In this document: positions 12,649-26,300 of the stretch, one piece after another
Layout of the letters: the number at the start of each line of letters is the position of its first letter
Numbering within the stretch: the first letter of the stretch is position 1
NCBI GenBank assembly: GCA_030704615.1
Contig: CM060732.1
Coordinates: 56,234,001-56,298,000 of the forward strand
From: Takakia lepidozioides
Taxonomy: Eukaryota > Plantae > Bryophyta
Direction of reading: 5' to 3'
Length of the DNA: 64,000 bases
Program-made: the position numbers and the translations under genes
The notes under the pieces: generated by a model
Seen by the model: only the letters and a program-made list of their open reading frames with translations
Told to the model about the DNA's origin: nothing
Database searches by the model: none

Positions 12649-14954
12649 CCTTCACTCCAGGAACATTAGGGGCCTTGGATCAGATCCTTCCTCTCTCAAA
12701 AGGCTGAGAATCAAAACTTGGATGGCTCCCTTCCTCTCTGGTGACTCTATAGTATTTCTACAGGAACACAAGCTAGACCAGACCAAAATCGACAACCTTT
12801 CATACTATCTATGGCCTATAACAAACTCTCTTTGGAAACCAACCTCTTCAGGCACCAAAAGAGGGACGGCGATATTATTATCTCCTTCTTTACAACCCTT
12901 TCTCGCAGCAGAAGATATATGGATACCTGGCAGACTGCAGTTCTGCGCAATAACCCTACCCAACGCAGCTGGCTCGATTGGGTTAGTGAACATTTACGCT
13001 CCAAACTCATCTGCAGAAAGGTCAGAATTCTGGAGACTTCTCAATGCAAGAATGAAAGATCAACTAAACATAGACAGCTGGATTGTAACAGGTGATCTTA
13101 ATATGGTTGAGGTCCAGGAGGATAGGCGAGGGGCTGGAACCTTCACCCCAAATTCAGAAGAGATGGACCAATGGTTCAACTGTGCTCAAACACATAGTCT
13201 CAAGGAGGCAACACCTATTTTTGGTCAAGCTTCCAATATCACCTTTACATGGTCCAACAATAGAACCCTCACCGACCTTAGCATGGCTCGTCTTGACAGA
13301 GCTTACCTTTCCCTCAATTTTGTTCAATTCTCTAAAAGAGCCCAGCAGGAACCCATTCCCTTGGGATTTGACCACGCACCAATCACCCTTTCTATCTCAA
13401 TCCCTCATTCATGCCAACGAGGTAGAGGCCTCTACAAGCTAAACAATCTCCTCCTCAAATTACCCTCCTTCAAACAGGGTCTTTTGCTGGCTTGGTCTCA
13501 GGCTGGCAACCCAGACCTAAATCCAACTGAGCTTTTCCTGGCCAAGCTAAAAGCGGTCAATACAGAAAGCCAAAAAATGAGCCGGGAATTGGCACTCATC
13601 CGGAAGAGAAGGGTTAAGGCATTATCTAAATGCCTCAAAGTATGCCAATCTGCATTGGAATCCAGGCATTGCGATGAAGATACTTACCAAACTTATATCC
13701 AAGCCAGGAACAATCTAGACATTCACCATAAATTCCAGGAAAGAAAGTGGAAGTTACAAGCGGGGGTTAGCTGGTCAACAAAAGGGGAAAAGATGACAAA
13801 ATACTTCTTTGACAAGACCAGATTGAGAAGAGTTCACAGACCATCTCTGAACTTGTGGCCCAGCCATCCGGAATCTCAAACACAGCACCTAAATCGATGG
13901 CAACCCATGCTGGGGACCATTTCCAGCAACTTTTTCACAGTGACAGCATCTCCCTAGAACCGTCTGATGAATAGACAGCCTGTCTGATTCACACTCCTAC
14001 CATGCTTTCTCTGGAATATGCCGCGCAACTAGAGGGAGACTTCTCTGACTTGGAACTAGAGGAAGCTCTATCTAAGATGCAGAACAACAAATCGCCTGGT
14101 ATAGATGGCATTTCTGTTGAATTTTATAAAGCATTTTTGCCAGAGATTTCAGGGGACTTTACAGGCATGGCCAACCATCTATTTCAGCAAGGTCAAATGC
14201 CACCTTCAATGGCTCAAGGGGTTATTACATTGTTGTACAAAAAGGGGGACAGAACGAATTTTTTGAATTATCGCCCTATAACCCTTCTGAATGTCGCCTA
14301 CAAAATCATTGCCAAGGCTCTCGCCCTTAGACTGCAACCTCTTCTTCCTTCATATTCGGCCCAACCAGACAGGATTTATTAAAGGCCAGTATATTCTGGA
14401 TAACCTCCTCCTTGCACAGGAAATTCCAGACTATGCCCTAAGGACCAATCAAGCCATTGCCCTTCTTCTCTTGGATTTTGAAAAGGCTTTTGACCGGGTG
14501 GAATGGTCCTATTTGCTTGCAGCCTTGCTAAAATTTGGGTTCCCTCATTCTTTTTGTAAATGGGTCAAGGTTCTCCTTACTTCTTCATCCAGTAGGGTTA
14601 CTGTAAATGGCCACTTGTCTTCTTCCTTCCCTCTTCAGCGATCAGTTAGACAGGGATGTCCCCTCTCACCCTTTCTGTTTCTGGTAGTGGCAGATACCCT
14701 GGGGTATATGTTGCAGCAAAACCAATTAATGACAGGCCTTAGGGTCTCAAACTATATAACGGGCCAATACACCTACCTGACTGACTCTATGTTCGTGGAT
14801 GACACGTTTTTAATGCTGCAAGCAAAGTCAGAAAACTTGGACCAAGCGGGACAGACTCTGCATACCTTTTGCAAAGCCTCGGGATTCAAAATTAATTGGA
14901 ACAAAACTTCAGGCATGCTCGATGGTGACCTAACGGCTTCCACTATGGGCTCAT
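12638..14954 (+). pseudogene. LINE ORF2, 5' part: apurinic-like endonuclease and reverse transcriptase
   Basis: APE motifs NIRGLG, FLQEHK, NIYAP, GDLN, ARLDRAY, DHAPI. RT motifs KSPGIDG, NYRPITLLN, LDFEKAFDRV, VRQGCPLSP, FVDDT. Confidence 0.93.
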
Positions 14955-15923
14955 TGTTAGAGGACTGTCCAGGACTTAGACACTTTTACGGGATCTGTGG
15001 GGTACCCTTAATTTTTGCACAGACTGAGACCAACAGGAGCCTTAGGGGTGACAGCAGCGCACTTTAGGGGGGGGGGGGGGGTACACAGCCCGTCACAGCC
15101 ACAGCAGCTCGTCACAGCCGACAGAGCCCGTCATAGCCAACACAGCTCGTCACAGTCCGACACAGCTCGTCACAGCCAGTCACAGCTCGATACAGCTGAC
15201 ACAGTCCAACACAGTCGCACAGCCAGTCACAGCTTGACACAGCTGTCACGACCATAGGGAACGGATAGCAGGACAGGGAATGACTGTGGGGAACAACATC
15301 TGCGAATGGAACATGTTAGTTCACGGGTGACGGTTGGTGAGGGAAACGGTTAGAACACGGGTAGGAAGATAAAGCGAGGAGCGAGGACTGGAAAACATCA
15401 CTTCTTGGGAATCACTGCGGGAAGAGTACACTTCTTGGGGGGACTTCGGACATCACTGGGGACAGGGCCGAGAGGGCAGAGGCGTATCTCTGAGCAGAAA
15501 GAGGGAGAGCACGGAGTAGGAGAGGACGATGTTGATGCTTAATGAATGCAAGCAGTAGAATTGTAATGTATAGAGCAGATTAGAGACTCCATGGCTTCAG
15601 CCTGATACTTGATAGATATTAATCTGATACACACTTCATACTCACACTGTGTAGAGAGATCTGAGTGAAGCTGTGGAATGAATGGATGAGTTGATGGAAT
15701 CCGATAGATTGCTGAAGCAAACTGATACTTAATTACCAACAGTAAGGTAACTAGCTAACATGAATGCGGGAAGGAAAACAAATAGAAAACACCCATGATA
15801 CACTAGCTGTAGGTCATGACTGATTGTTCTGAGCGGGCTGAGTGCTTAGAGATTTCCAACTCTTCTATCTTGGAGTTTCCGCCTCGGATAGCGAAGGGAT
15901 GGGTGAGTAAAAGCCGCGCGACA
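14955..15923 (+). repeat. 5' LTR (969 bp) with cacagc-rich minisatellite
   Basis: Starts TGTTAGAGGACTGTC and ends CGCGACA; highly similar to 27152-28242. Confidence 0.93.
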
Positions 15924-15925
15924 TT

Positions 15926-15942
15926 TGGCGACCATACTGGGA
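15926..15942 (+). promoter_or_regulatory. Primer-binding site, probably tRNA-Arg type
   Basis: TGGCGACCATACTGGGA begins 2 nt after the LTR; TGG complements the tRNA CCA end. The tRNA identity is inferred from resemblance to Arg-type PBSs. Confidence 0.65.
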
Positions 15943-16695
15943 ACTGGGTCATGAACAACCAGATGTGACAGGCATCTGGTGGGATCATGGTGGTTGGAGA
16001 ATTAAAGAATTTGATGTGAATCAAATTCCTTGTGAAACTGAGAAGGAAAGATTGTCCAAACGATTTTCCAGGTTTTGGAATTGCCAGACGGTTGTAAAGA
16101 AAACATTCTTAAGAGAGTGCATGATGCTGACCCTGATGGGGTCTGGAGAAAGGAGTGATAAAGATTTATCAGGTGGCCTGTAGAGAAGAGCACGTTGGTT
16201 ACCAACATTGGTTTATGTGATAGCATTGCTATCCATTAAGCGAGTAGAGTTTGAAGGCTGGGAGGAAAGAAAGGTGAATGTTTATACTCATATGCATGAA
16301 GAGCTTGTACTGGTAAAGAATTGGATTCCAAAGGATATTTTGTGGATCAAACTCACACCAAGAACAGCTTTCCAGACTTGTTTGCCATATGGTTATATGG
16401 TAACGGAGACTTCTAGTATAGCCAAGGGTGCATTGAAGCTTGAAAGAAACCCAGGCATATACGAGAGATATTACAGAAGAGAGTTTTGGTTATTGCCACA
16501 TTAAAAGAAATGAAAGACATGGGACATGAGTGATGAAGAGAAGCTAGACGCCAGAGATATTCAGCAAAAAGAGAAAGCTATCTGAAAGCTAATTATCCAT
16601 ATCTTTGGGAGAGAGGAATAGACATAGGGGAATCATCTGGACCTCTCACACCATTAAGATCAGAGAGTACATCACCCATACCGGAAGAACTAGAG

Positions 16696-19600
16696 TTGGA
16701 TGCCACTCCTTCTGTTTCTTTGCAAGAAAGATTAAGGGAATTGGTACGGGAAGAAGATCAATCACGAGGTGAAAGATCTGAGGTACATCCCTGGATAAAA
16801 GATTTGACAGAAATCTTTGATAAGAGTTGGCATGGAACACCAAAAGCAGGAACTCCAGTTTCTGAAGCGGAAGGTGAAGAAGGAGGAGAGGATGTGGCAG
16901 AGCCAACGGAGAGTTCAGACTCTCCAACACCATTGCAGTTGAGTTACATGAGTGAAGAAGAAACCCAAGGGCAGAACTTGGAGGATGAAAAAGAGAGAAG
17001 AAATTGGAAGAGGAAGAGTATGAAGAAGTAGACCCAACAGCTGAGGTTGAGACTACAACCAGGACATCCCAACCCGTTGGACCTGGATCAAGTGGAGCAC
17101 TTGGATCACAGGCCAACGAAGGTGTCGGCTCAGGGGATCAGGCGGGCTGCCTGGATCTGGCTCTGGGGGGACAGGGAGTGTGGGAAGTAGTGCAACTGAA
17201 GCTGGGAATACTGTGAATATCGTGGGGCCAGTAGCAGGGAGTGCTCAAGGGCCACCACTTGGTGGAAGATCCACCACAACAACAACAGGTCCTGAAGGAC
17301 CAGCACCAGCAAGGGTGCCAGCACCTGTCAGTGGCAGAAGGTAGGGCCACAGATGGCGTTACAACCAACACGGGCAAAACACCTTTTCCAATATATTCAG
17401 GAAAAGGGGATCCGATGACACATTAGCCAATTTGAGCACATGTGTATAGTGAACAATGAGAATGGCGATGATGCCAAGATGAGATTGTTTCCTTGTTCAC
17501 TTATCAAGAAAGCAAGTGAATGGTATGCAAGATTCCCTGATAATCATTTCCTAACCTGGAATGGCTTGAATACAGCATTCCGAAATAGGTTCAGGACAAG
17601 TAAAACTGAGGATGAAGTGTATGGAAGTTTACAACAGTTAAAGCAAAAGAAGCATGAAACTGTTGAGGAGTATATGGAAAAGATGGAATTGATGATGAAA
17701 AAGCTGGCTGCAGTACCAGCACCAGGTTTACAGAAGACTTGGTTTGTGAGTGGACTAAGACCAGAGTTGCAAAAGAAAGTGGATATGTTACCCCATAATA
17801 CAGTGGAGGAGGCATTTGAAACTGCAAACAGAATTGAGCAATTGGGAATGCTCAGGAGAGAGAAAAGGATGATGAGGACTCTGAGGATGAGTCAGATGAA
17901 GAAGAAGAGCAAGAACTAAAAAGGAAGAGTAAGAGAAAGGAGAAGTTGAAGAGGGATAACTATGAGAAAAGATTGGAAGAAATCTTGAAGAAGTATGCCA
18001 CAGAGGCTGCAACACATTGGAGGAAGGGTGTATGGTGTGCAAAGTGCCAGAATGAAGGCCATACCACCACAGAATGCCACATGAAGGAGAAACACTGTAC
18101 TATCTGTAAAATGGATAACCATTCTACTGAGAATTGTTACTACAACAGAAGGACAGGTGCAAGAGAACCTAGGCAAGTAAGGGTGCATCAGGTGCAGCCC
18201 CAGCCAAGAAGAAACAATGATCAGGACCACTATGGTAGGTCTGGTGGTTATAACAATGGCATGGAAGGGAGAGGTAATTCAAGAGGGAATTACCAAGGAA
18301 ATTCCAGAGGCAACTATCAGGGTAATCCAAGGGGAATTACCAGCCCGGGAATCAGGATTACAGAAATAATCCAAGAGCAGACCAAGGGCGAGGACCCAAT
18401 GGTGAAGAACTATGTTACTATTGTAATCAGCCAGGACATCGCAAGGCAGCCTGTTCATTCTGGATAAGACACCAGAATGAGATGAGAGCTCCTGTGAATG
18501 AGGGCCCAGTGGTGGCAGCTCACATGGTTAGGCCATGTGTTGTACCAGAAGTAAGTACAATGATAGTAACCAGAAGCAAAGCCAAACTAATACCTCCAGT
18601 AGTTGAGGAAGATGATGATAATGAAGGTGGCAGTGATATGCCTGAAGATGATGAGGCTTGGAGAGATGAGAAGGAACTGCACAAGGAAGTGGCAGATACC
18701 ATAAGGGAAATGCAGAAGAGTACTGATATTCCTGTGGCAGATTCCTCTGATTCTGATGGAGAAGAAGAAGTGAGTGAGGATGAAAGGAAGAAAGAAGATG
18801 CAGACATGCAAAGTAATGAAGAGACTTTGGCTGAAGTAATATGCCAGACCAAAGCAGAGATTACCATTGGACAGCTATTGGCTGTGGCACCTTATTGTAG
18901 GCACAGGCTGTATCAAGCAATCAATCGAATTGCCCAGGAGACAGGAAACACAGACCTGAACAGCAAGGTGACCAGTTATAATGTGAAGCCGGAAGGGCGA
19001 GAAACAGTCATGGACTTTGATGATTCTATGCCAGTAATCCAATTGAGAATTGGAAGCACAGAACTAACTGATGTACTGATAGATGGAGGTTCTGGAGTAA
19101 ATATCATGACAGACCAATTAAGAAGAAGCTTGGTCTAAGTAACATGAAACCAGCCCCATTTACAGTAACAATGGCAGATCAAAGAAGTGTACAGCCATTG
19201 GGATTAATAAGAGGAGTTAAGATACAGATACAGAAGATGATCTTTATGATCACAGTAACTGTGTTGAAGATGGATGAAGTCATGGAGGCTTACTCCTTAT
19301 TATTGGGACGTCCGTGGCTGAAACAGGCCAGGGTATTCCATGACTGGAATTCTCAGTTACTAACCGTGCATAATGGGATACACGAGATACAAATTACCAC
19401 AAAGAAATCTAGTAGATTACCTGCTACGAGAAGACCTCGAGGGGTCAGAGAGTATGACTGGAGAGGAGGACTGGATGAGGAGCAGGAAGCTACCCTGTTT
19501 GCTGCACACCCAGAGTGGGAGCAGGTTGCAGAGATGCGGCTGGAAAGCCTAAGTTGTTTAAGAGGTATCTGCTGTGGTGTAGTGTCAGCAACACCAACTG

Positions 19601-22600
19601 AAGAGGAAAACCAGCAGTTACCCATCACATTTCTATGAAGAAAGAGAAGGAGAAATGGAAATCCTAGAGGAACCAGCCACTGTGAGTTTACAGGATGAAG
19701 TGGTGACTGGTTGGACAATCACAGCTGATGAGCAGGTGAGGGAAGTGAATGTGGGAACTAAAGAGGAACCGAGGATGGTGAAGGTAGGAGCTGATTTGGA
19801 GCCAGAATTCTTTGAAGAAGCTAAGAGTTTGTTCATCAAATACAGAGATGTATTTGCTTGGAGCTATGAGGATCTAAAAGGGATACCACCTGAATCTGTC
19901 AGCATAAGATTGAACTGGAACCAGGGTCAGTACCAATCAAGCAGGCAAGGTACAAAATGAATCCCAACTACTCACAGAAGGTTGGAGAAGAGATCAAGAA
20001 GTTGGCTGAGGGGCTAAGTTTATATACCCAATAGAGTATAACAACTTGTTTTTTCCCCCATTGTAATAGTTCCCAAGAGAATTGTAACCTTAAAGTTTTG
20101 TGTGAACTACAAGAGCTGAATGCTTGTACGAAGAAGATCCTTTTTCCCTTTGCCATTCACAGAATCAGTATTGGACACTGTGGCAGGCCTGAGATGTACT
20201 CATCATGGATGGCTTCAGTGTTCTAATCAAGTGCAAGTGGCAAAGAAGATCAGGAAAGACTTTTCATCACAAACTGGGGTGCTTATGCATACAAAGTCCT
20301 GCCCTTTGGGACTTTGTAATGCACTTGCAAACCTTTCAGAGATTGATAAGTGAATCTTTTCATGAGTATCTGGATGATTTCATGCAGGTGTTCTTGATGA
20401 TTTCACAGTGTGTACAGCTCTAAGAATGAGCACTTGCATAAATTGGAGTTATGTCTGGCCAGATGCATGATGAGAGGTCTGGGCTGAATCCAGAGAAATG
20501 TACTTTCTGTTTGAACTCAGGCGTGCTTCTGGGACACATTGTGTGTAAGAAGGGACTTCTTGTGGATTTCAGGAAGAAAGAAGGCCATTTAAGCCTCTCC
20601 ATCCACCACCGTGATTGTTAGAGTCTAAGGAGATTCCTTGGGCAAACCAGTTATTACCGAAGATTTTGTAAAAAGGTATGCACAAATAAGCAGCCCCATT
20701 GAGCAAGCTTCTGAAGAAAGATGCAGTGTTTCATGGACAGCTGAATGTCAACAGGCTTTTGAGGAACTTACACTGTCAGTAACAACTACCTTGTGCGATG
20801 AACCCTCACTGGCATGTAGTATTTCATGTTCACTGTGATGCCTCAGGACAGCGTTGGGAGCGGTGTTAGCCCAGAATGTTACAGGAACTATAGATTTCCT
20901 GTGTACTATGCTAGCAGGTTGATGAACAGTGCTGAAGACCTACTATAGCACAACTGAAAGAGAACCTGGCAATGATTTATGCAGTCAAGAAATTCCGGCA
21001 TGACCTAGGGAATAAAGTTTATGTTTTATGTGGATCACCAGGCTCTGATATATCTGGTGAACAAACCTTTGATAAGTGGAAGGATAGCGAGGTGGTTAAT
21101 AATCTTGCATGAGTTTGAGTTCGAAGTTGTTTAACAAGCCTGGCCATTTGCATCTTGTGGCAGATCATTTGTCACGACTAACAACAGGAGAAGCCGCCAC
21201 AAGAGTAGACGATCAGTTACCTGATGCGAGTTTATTTGTAATGGAGGTGCAAGGAAGTGCAGAGGAATGGTTAGATTGGCAGTGGCCATCAGATACTACC
21301 TTACTCATGGTCAATGCCCACCTAGTTATGGTAAGGAGCAGAGGAAGAGAATCGCTATCAAACGCTTTACCTTATACTATGGTAGGAAGCAGAATGTATA
21401 AGCTAGGACCTGATGGAGTACTAAAACGATGTTTGTACCACCATGAAGTAAATAAAGTTTTGGAGAAAGTTCATAAAGGAGTGGCTGGAGGTCATTTTGG
21501 AGAAGAGACTACCAGTAGGAAGATACTACTCGCAGGTTTACTGGTGACCTACTTTGTTCAAAGATGTACACAAGTATTGTCAGAGTTGTGATGAATGTCA
21601 GAGGCTAGGACCTTTGCAGAGATCTGGAAGGATGGCCTTGTATCCTACAATGCCTACGAAACCATTTCAGAAATGGGGACTAGACTTTGTTGGACCGATT
21701 AACCCACCAGCCAAGAATACACGGAACAGGTACATAATTACAGCCACTGATGATATACTACGAAGTGGGTGGAAGCTAAGTTTTGAGGGACAACACAGCC
21801 AAGTCCACAGCAAGGTCCTGTATGAGAACATACTTACAGATTTGGCTGTCCCTTGGAATTTATCAGTGATCAGGGAAGTCACTTCATTATGAGACCATTG
21901 AATTATGACTAAAGGTTCATGATTGTGCATAGGAAGAGTACAACGTATTACCCACAGGGTAATGGGCAGGCAGAGGCTACCAACAAAATACTATGTACTA
22001 TCTTGGCTAAGATAGTCAATGCAAATAGAACAGATTGGGATACAAAGCTGCTGACAGCTTTGTGGTCATACAAGACTTCATATAAAGTCACCACTAAGTA
22101 TACACCATTCCAATTAGTTTATGGTATGGAAGCCTTACTTCCAATGGAATTCCTTTTACCTACCATGAGAACGGAATGGGGAAAGAGAATGGAATTGCAA
22201 GATTCCATTAAGGTCAGGAAACATGAATTATAGCTGTGTTGCGCCTTGCTGGGCTGTGATAGGCTGTGTCGCTCTGGTCATATATGCTCGGCTTAGCGAC
22301 AAGTGCTCCACACTCCGTTGGTATCACTGGTGCAGCCCGTGACTGCTTTTGCGTTTCAACATGCAAATCATGCTGCAATGGTTTGTCATGGATACCACTG
22401 TACCCTTTCAACTTATTGGCATTGACTCTTCCCAGCATCTCTTTGTTAATGGTTTGTAACATGGCAGTGTTGTTATCATACATCTTTTGTATGACATAAG
22501 GTCCTTTCCATGGTGATTTTAGCTTAGAAGCTTTAATCTTTCATTTCTTCTGCAACCATAGAACCAAATCTCCCGTCTTAAAAGTCTTTAACTTGCCTTC

Positions 22601-22678
22601 ATCAAACTGTTCATTTCTCTTCATCTGAATTCTGGTCATATTATCAGCTGCATCAGCACGTACTTCTTCCACATGGCC
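16696..22678 (+). pseudogene. Gypsy gag-pol, heavily frameshifted, with the integrase C-terminus inverted
   Basis: Retrotrans_gag (RLFPCSL..KASEWY..LKQKKHETVEEY). Zinc knuckles CAKCQNEGHTTTEC and CTICKMDNHSTENC, plus a third that is frameshifted. Protease LIDGGSGVN; RT-region YRDVFAWSYEDLKG; integrase GHFG..CDECQR..WGLDFVGP..YYPQGNGQAE. Confidence 0.9.
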
Positions 22679-23339
22679 TATCACAGCCCAGCACGGCGCG
22701 ACACAGCCTATCACAGCCCAGCGAGGCGCGACACAGCATATCACAGCCCAGCACGGAGCAATACAACGTATCACAGCTTACCACAGTGCAACACAGCGTA
22801 TCACGGCGTACCACAGTATGACACAGCCTGTCACAGCTCAACACAGCCTACTAGGGTTACACAATCCATGGAATCAGTGACAGGTGGACGTAGGATAACT
22901 TCAGGGAAATGGCCGGCGGAAGAAAGGACGAAGCCAGTTTAGAAAGGGACATGTGGAAGTCAGGGCGCAAACCACAGCTGAGAAGGAAGTGCAAGAACAG
23001 ATGTCATCAAGAAAGGGGACAAGAATGGCCGTCAAAATACCTAATTAGCACGTCAATTCGGATGAATGGCGGGCCCATTAATGAATACGGAAAAGGGACA
23101 ACAGAACAAACGGCAAGTACAGAAAAGCAAAATTCTTGTCACATGTGTTATCCTAGTAGACAGTCCAGCAGGGAAAGTCCACTAAAGAAAATTAAATCTA
23201 AAATCCAGTCACAGCGGTTACAGCCAATCGAAAGCCAAAAAAAAGATCAAGAAATTGGAGGGAATTTAAGCGCAAGAGTCGGCGTCGTTCTAAGTAACGG
23301 GCGTCTCGACGGGACAAACCATCAATGCTATAGCTTTGA

Positions 23340-26300
23340 AGCTATGGAGGAACTAACAGACTATACGCTCGCAATATTACTTATGCAGTGGCATAGGGAC
23401 GAAAGAACAGAGCGGATCTTTTCTCTTGATCGATGCTTGCAAGCCCCGCAGGCTTACAAGAAATTACCCATAGCTTTTTGTGGCAACCATACGTTTATGC
23501 TTCGTGCCCTGCAGGCATTTTTTCAATTGTTACAGCCAAAACATTTATGTGGGTCTAGAATGAAGAGAGTGAGAGGAATGGAGGAAATCAGGATGAAGAG
23601 CACCACAATCCTGCAGAAACAAACGATTGCTACTCCACATGCGGTACAGTTACTGAAGGAACTGCGATTGCAAGGATTGCAAAACAAAGATTGGACATTG
23701 CACCATAGACAGTACATGTTACAATTCTTGCAAAACTTTGAGCCTAAGACAGAAGCAACAACGGTGAAGGGAGTTGAATTAGAAATTACTCCCCTATACC
23801 TACAGCAATTGTTTCAATTGCCAGCAGGTCAGGTGCATGTGGAGGAGCACAGGGCAAGACTGCAAATAGGGGACTTATTCCAAGAAGGGAGTTTCTTTAA
23901 AACTCAGGGTTATGCTTGTACCAAGGCCGTGTACCCAGGTAAAGGAGGTAGGCCAGGTATTGAACGTTCTGTTTGCCATGAAACAGAACCAACAGTATTT
24001 GAGCAGATCCTTCACAAAGGAAATACTCAAAGCCCTGAGAGGAGAAGAGGTAGAATGGGCGGACATAATGTACAACGCACTGGTAGAGGAGATGAAAAGA
24101 TTATAGGGTACTGCCGCAAAGTCTCCTATCATAGTATCTGGCCCAATCATTGCTCAAATAATTCTTGATTCTGGCATACTTGATGCTCGAGAAAGAAAGG
24201 AGATGAGAGTGTTTGAGCCAGAAACGACTGCAATGGAAGAGCAAGGCTCTTCACACAGTGAGGGTGGACCGGCAGGGCAACCCCAAACTAAGAGACAGAG
24301 GCGGGGAAAGACTGTAGTGGCAGATCCATTGGCTTCACGGAATCCGCATGATAATGTTTCCCAAGCTCTTGTGCAGGAAGGGGCACAGCAGCACAGAGAA
24401 CTGCTATTATTGGACGCGGGACCTTCAGAGAGGGAAGAGGAAGTTACTTCAGTATCATAGCCATCACAGCCAGATGATCGGCCTGTCACAGAGTTACCAC
24501 AAGTTGTCCATGCAGTTCCACCAGAAATAATTGATTTGGAGAAAGAAAGGTTAGATATTCCCACTACAGAACAGGTGGTGGCAGAAATTGAGAAGGGGGA
24601 CCTTCTCTATGAATATTCTTGTCTGGTCAAGGAGACAGTGATTCCAGAGGTGCAACAATTGTCCAAGGAAAACCCTACGGTGCATATAATACACACACCT
24701 GTGCCGGAGGTACCATAGGTAGAATGTCAAGACACTGCAGCACCGGTGACGGATGAAGTGGTTCAGGAAGAAAATCTGGTGGGACAATGGCCTGAGTGGT
24801 TTGTGAGGCATCACACTATTGAGGATCAGGGAGAACAGCAGCAAGCTCACCATGATGACCCTCAACAGGCCATGCTTATGAGTTCCATAAGCAGGACACT
24901 TAATTTGTTGGGGACTTATGTCAAATCCCATGTTCCAACTATCCAATTGACAGCTTTGAGAGAGGAACTCAGGAAGGAGTTTGAGGCTCGACTAGCCACT
25001 GAGTGTGCAAACAAGGTCGATGAAGAGGTAACTCTCAAGATGCAACAAGACTTGGAGAGTACAGAAACGGCTTTGCAATTGGCCAAGGAACAACTGATTG
25101 AAGCAGGCCTCGCGCAAGACCAGTTGCACGAAGCACATAAGCAACAGCTATACCAAATGCAGGTGAAGCATGAAAACAAGTTGCAAGAAGTGAATGCACT
25201 ACATACGGAGTTGCAGACAGTGCATGACAGGATGGCCATACAATGTGCTACACTCACAACTATGCTTGACCAATCTACAATAGAAATAAACAGTCAAGCG
25301 GAAAGATGTACGAAGGCAGAGGCAGAAAATGTTGAGCAAGTGAAACTCATTGTTGATATGAAGAATACAATCTGTCGCAATGAGGATACTTTCAAGCAAT
25401 ACAGGCAGGTTGAAGCTGACCAAGAGAGGCACATCCTGGAGTTACAACAAACGGTCATGGCCAATAGAAATGAAATCTCTGTCGCTAACAAGGCTTGGAA
25501 GGAAGCCAATAATCTGCTTGCTGCCTATGCAAATTTGGTTGAACCTCATGCGAAGCGCATGGAGGTTTTACAACAGCAGTTAGATATGTACAAACTCAGA
25601 GAGGAGTAGACTCTCAGAAGTACCACAAGCAACTTGGTGGATAACCACCTTATGCAGGTCTGGTTAGCACAAGGGCCAGTGGAGGGCAAAGCACCACGAA
25701 AGCTCACCCAAAGCGAGATGAATGAGCTCAGACTGCAAGTGTAGAACATTGCCACAACTACTATAGACAATGTCTATAATAGAATAACGGAGTTACAGGA
25801 GGATGTAGACGACCTGCAGACTCAAGTGGAGGACCTCACTTCAAATATCGACAAAAGAGTCTGTGTACCTGAGGAACAGCTAATGGCTTCTTATTTAAAA
25901 GCGAGAACTTTAGCTTTTCAGTCTTCTTCACAGGAGGTGCAGGAGATGCCAATGGTACAAGAGCCAGTGCCACCAACACCACAACAGGTCACTGTGCCAG
26001 TAACTGACCCGGTGGTTACTACAGCAACACCACAGCCTACACAGCCTGAGGTATGGGGGAATGCTGCTTTTAACCCACCTAAAACTCCAGCTGCAAGGGA
26101 GTACAGTAGGGCTATGATTATGCCCTTCAACCAAATTCCCATTGTGTTGGATTTGGCTTAGAAAGAATTTAGTCCTCCGCAGTCATTGGCACATTACTAT
26201 CAAATCATGCGCATTTGACTGCCAGTGGCAACTAGGACTAAAGTTCTTCCGAACAATCGACCAATTGAGGATCATCACTTTGCACAGTACTGGCATGAGG

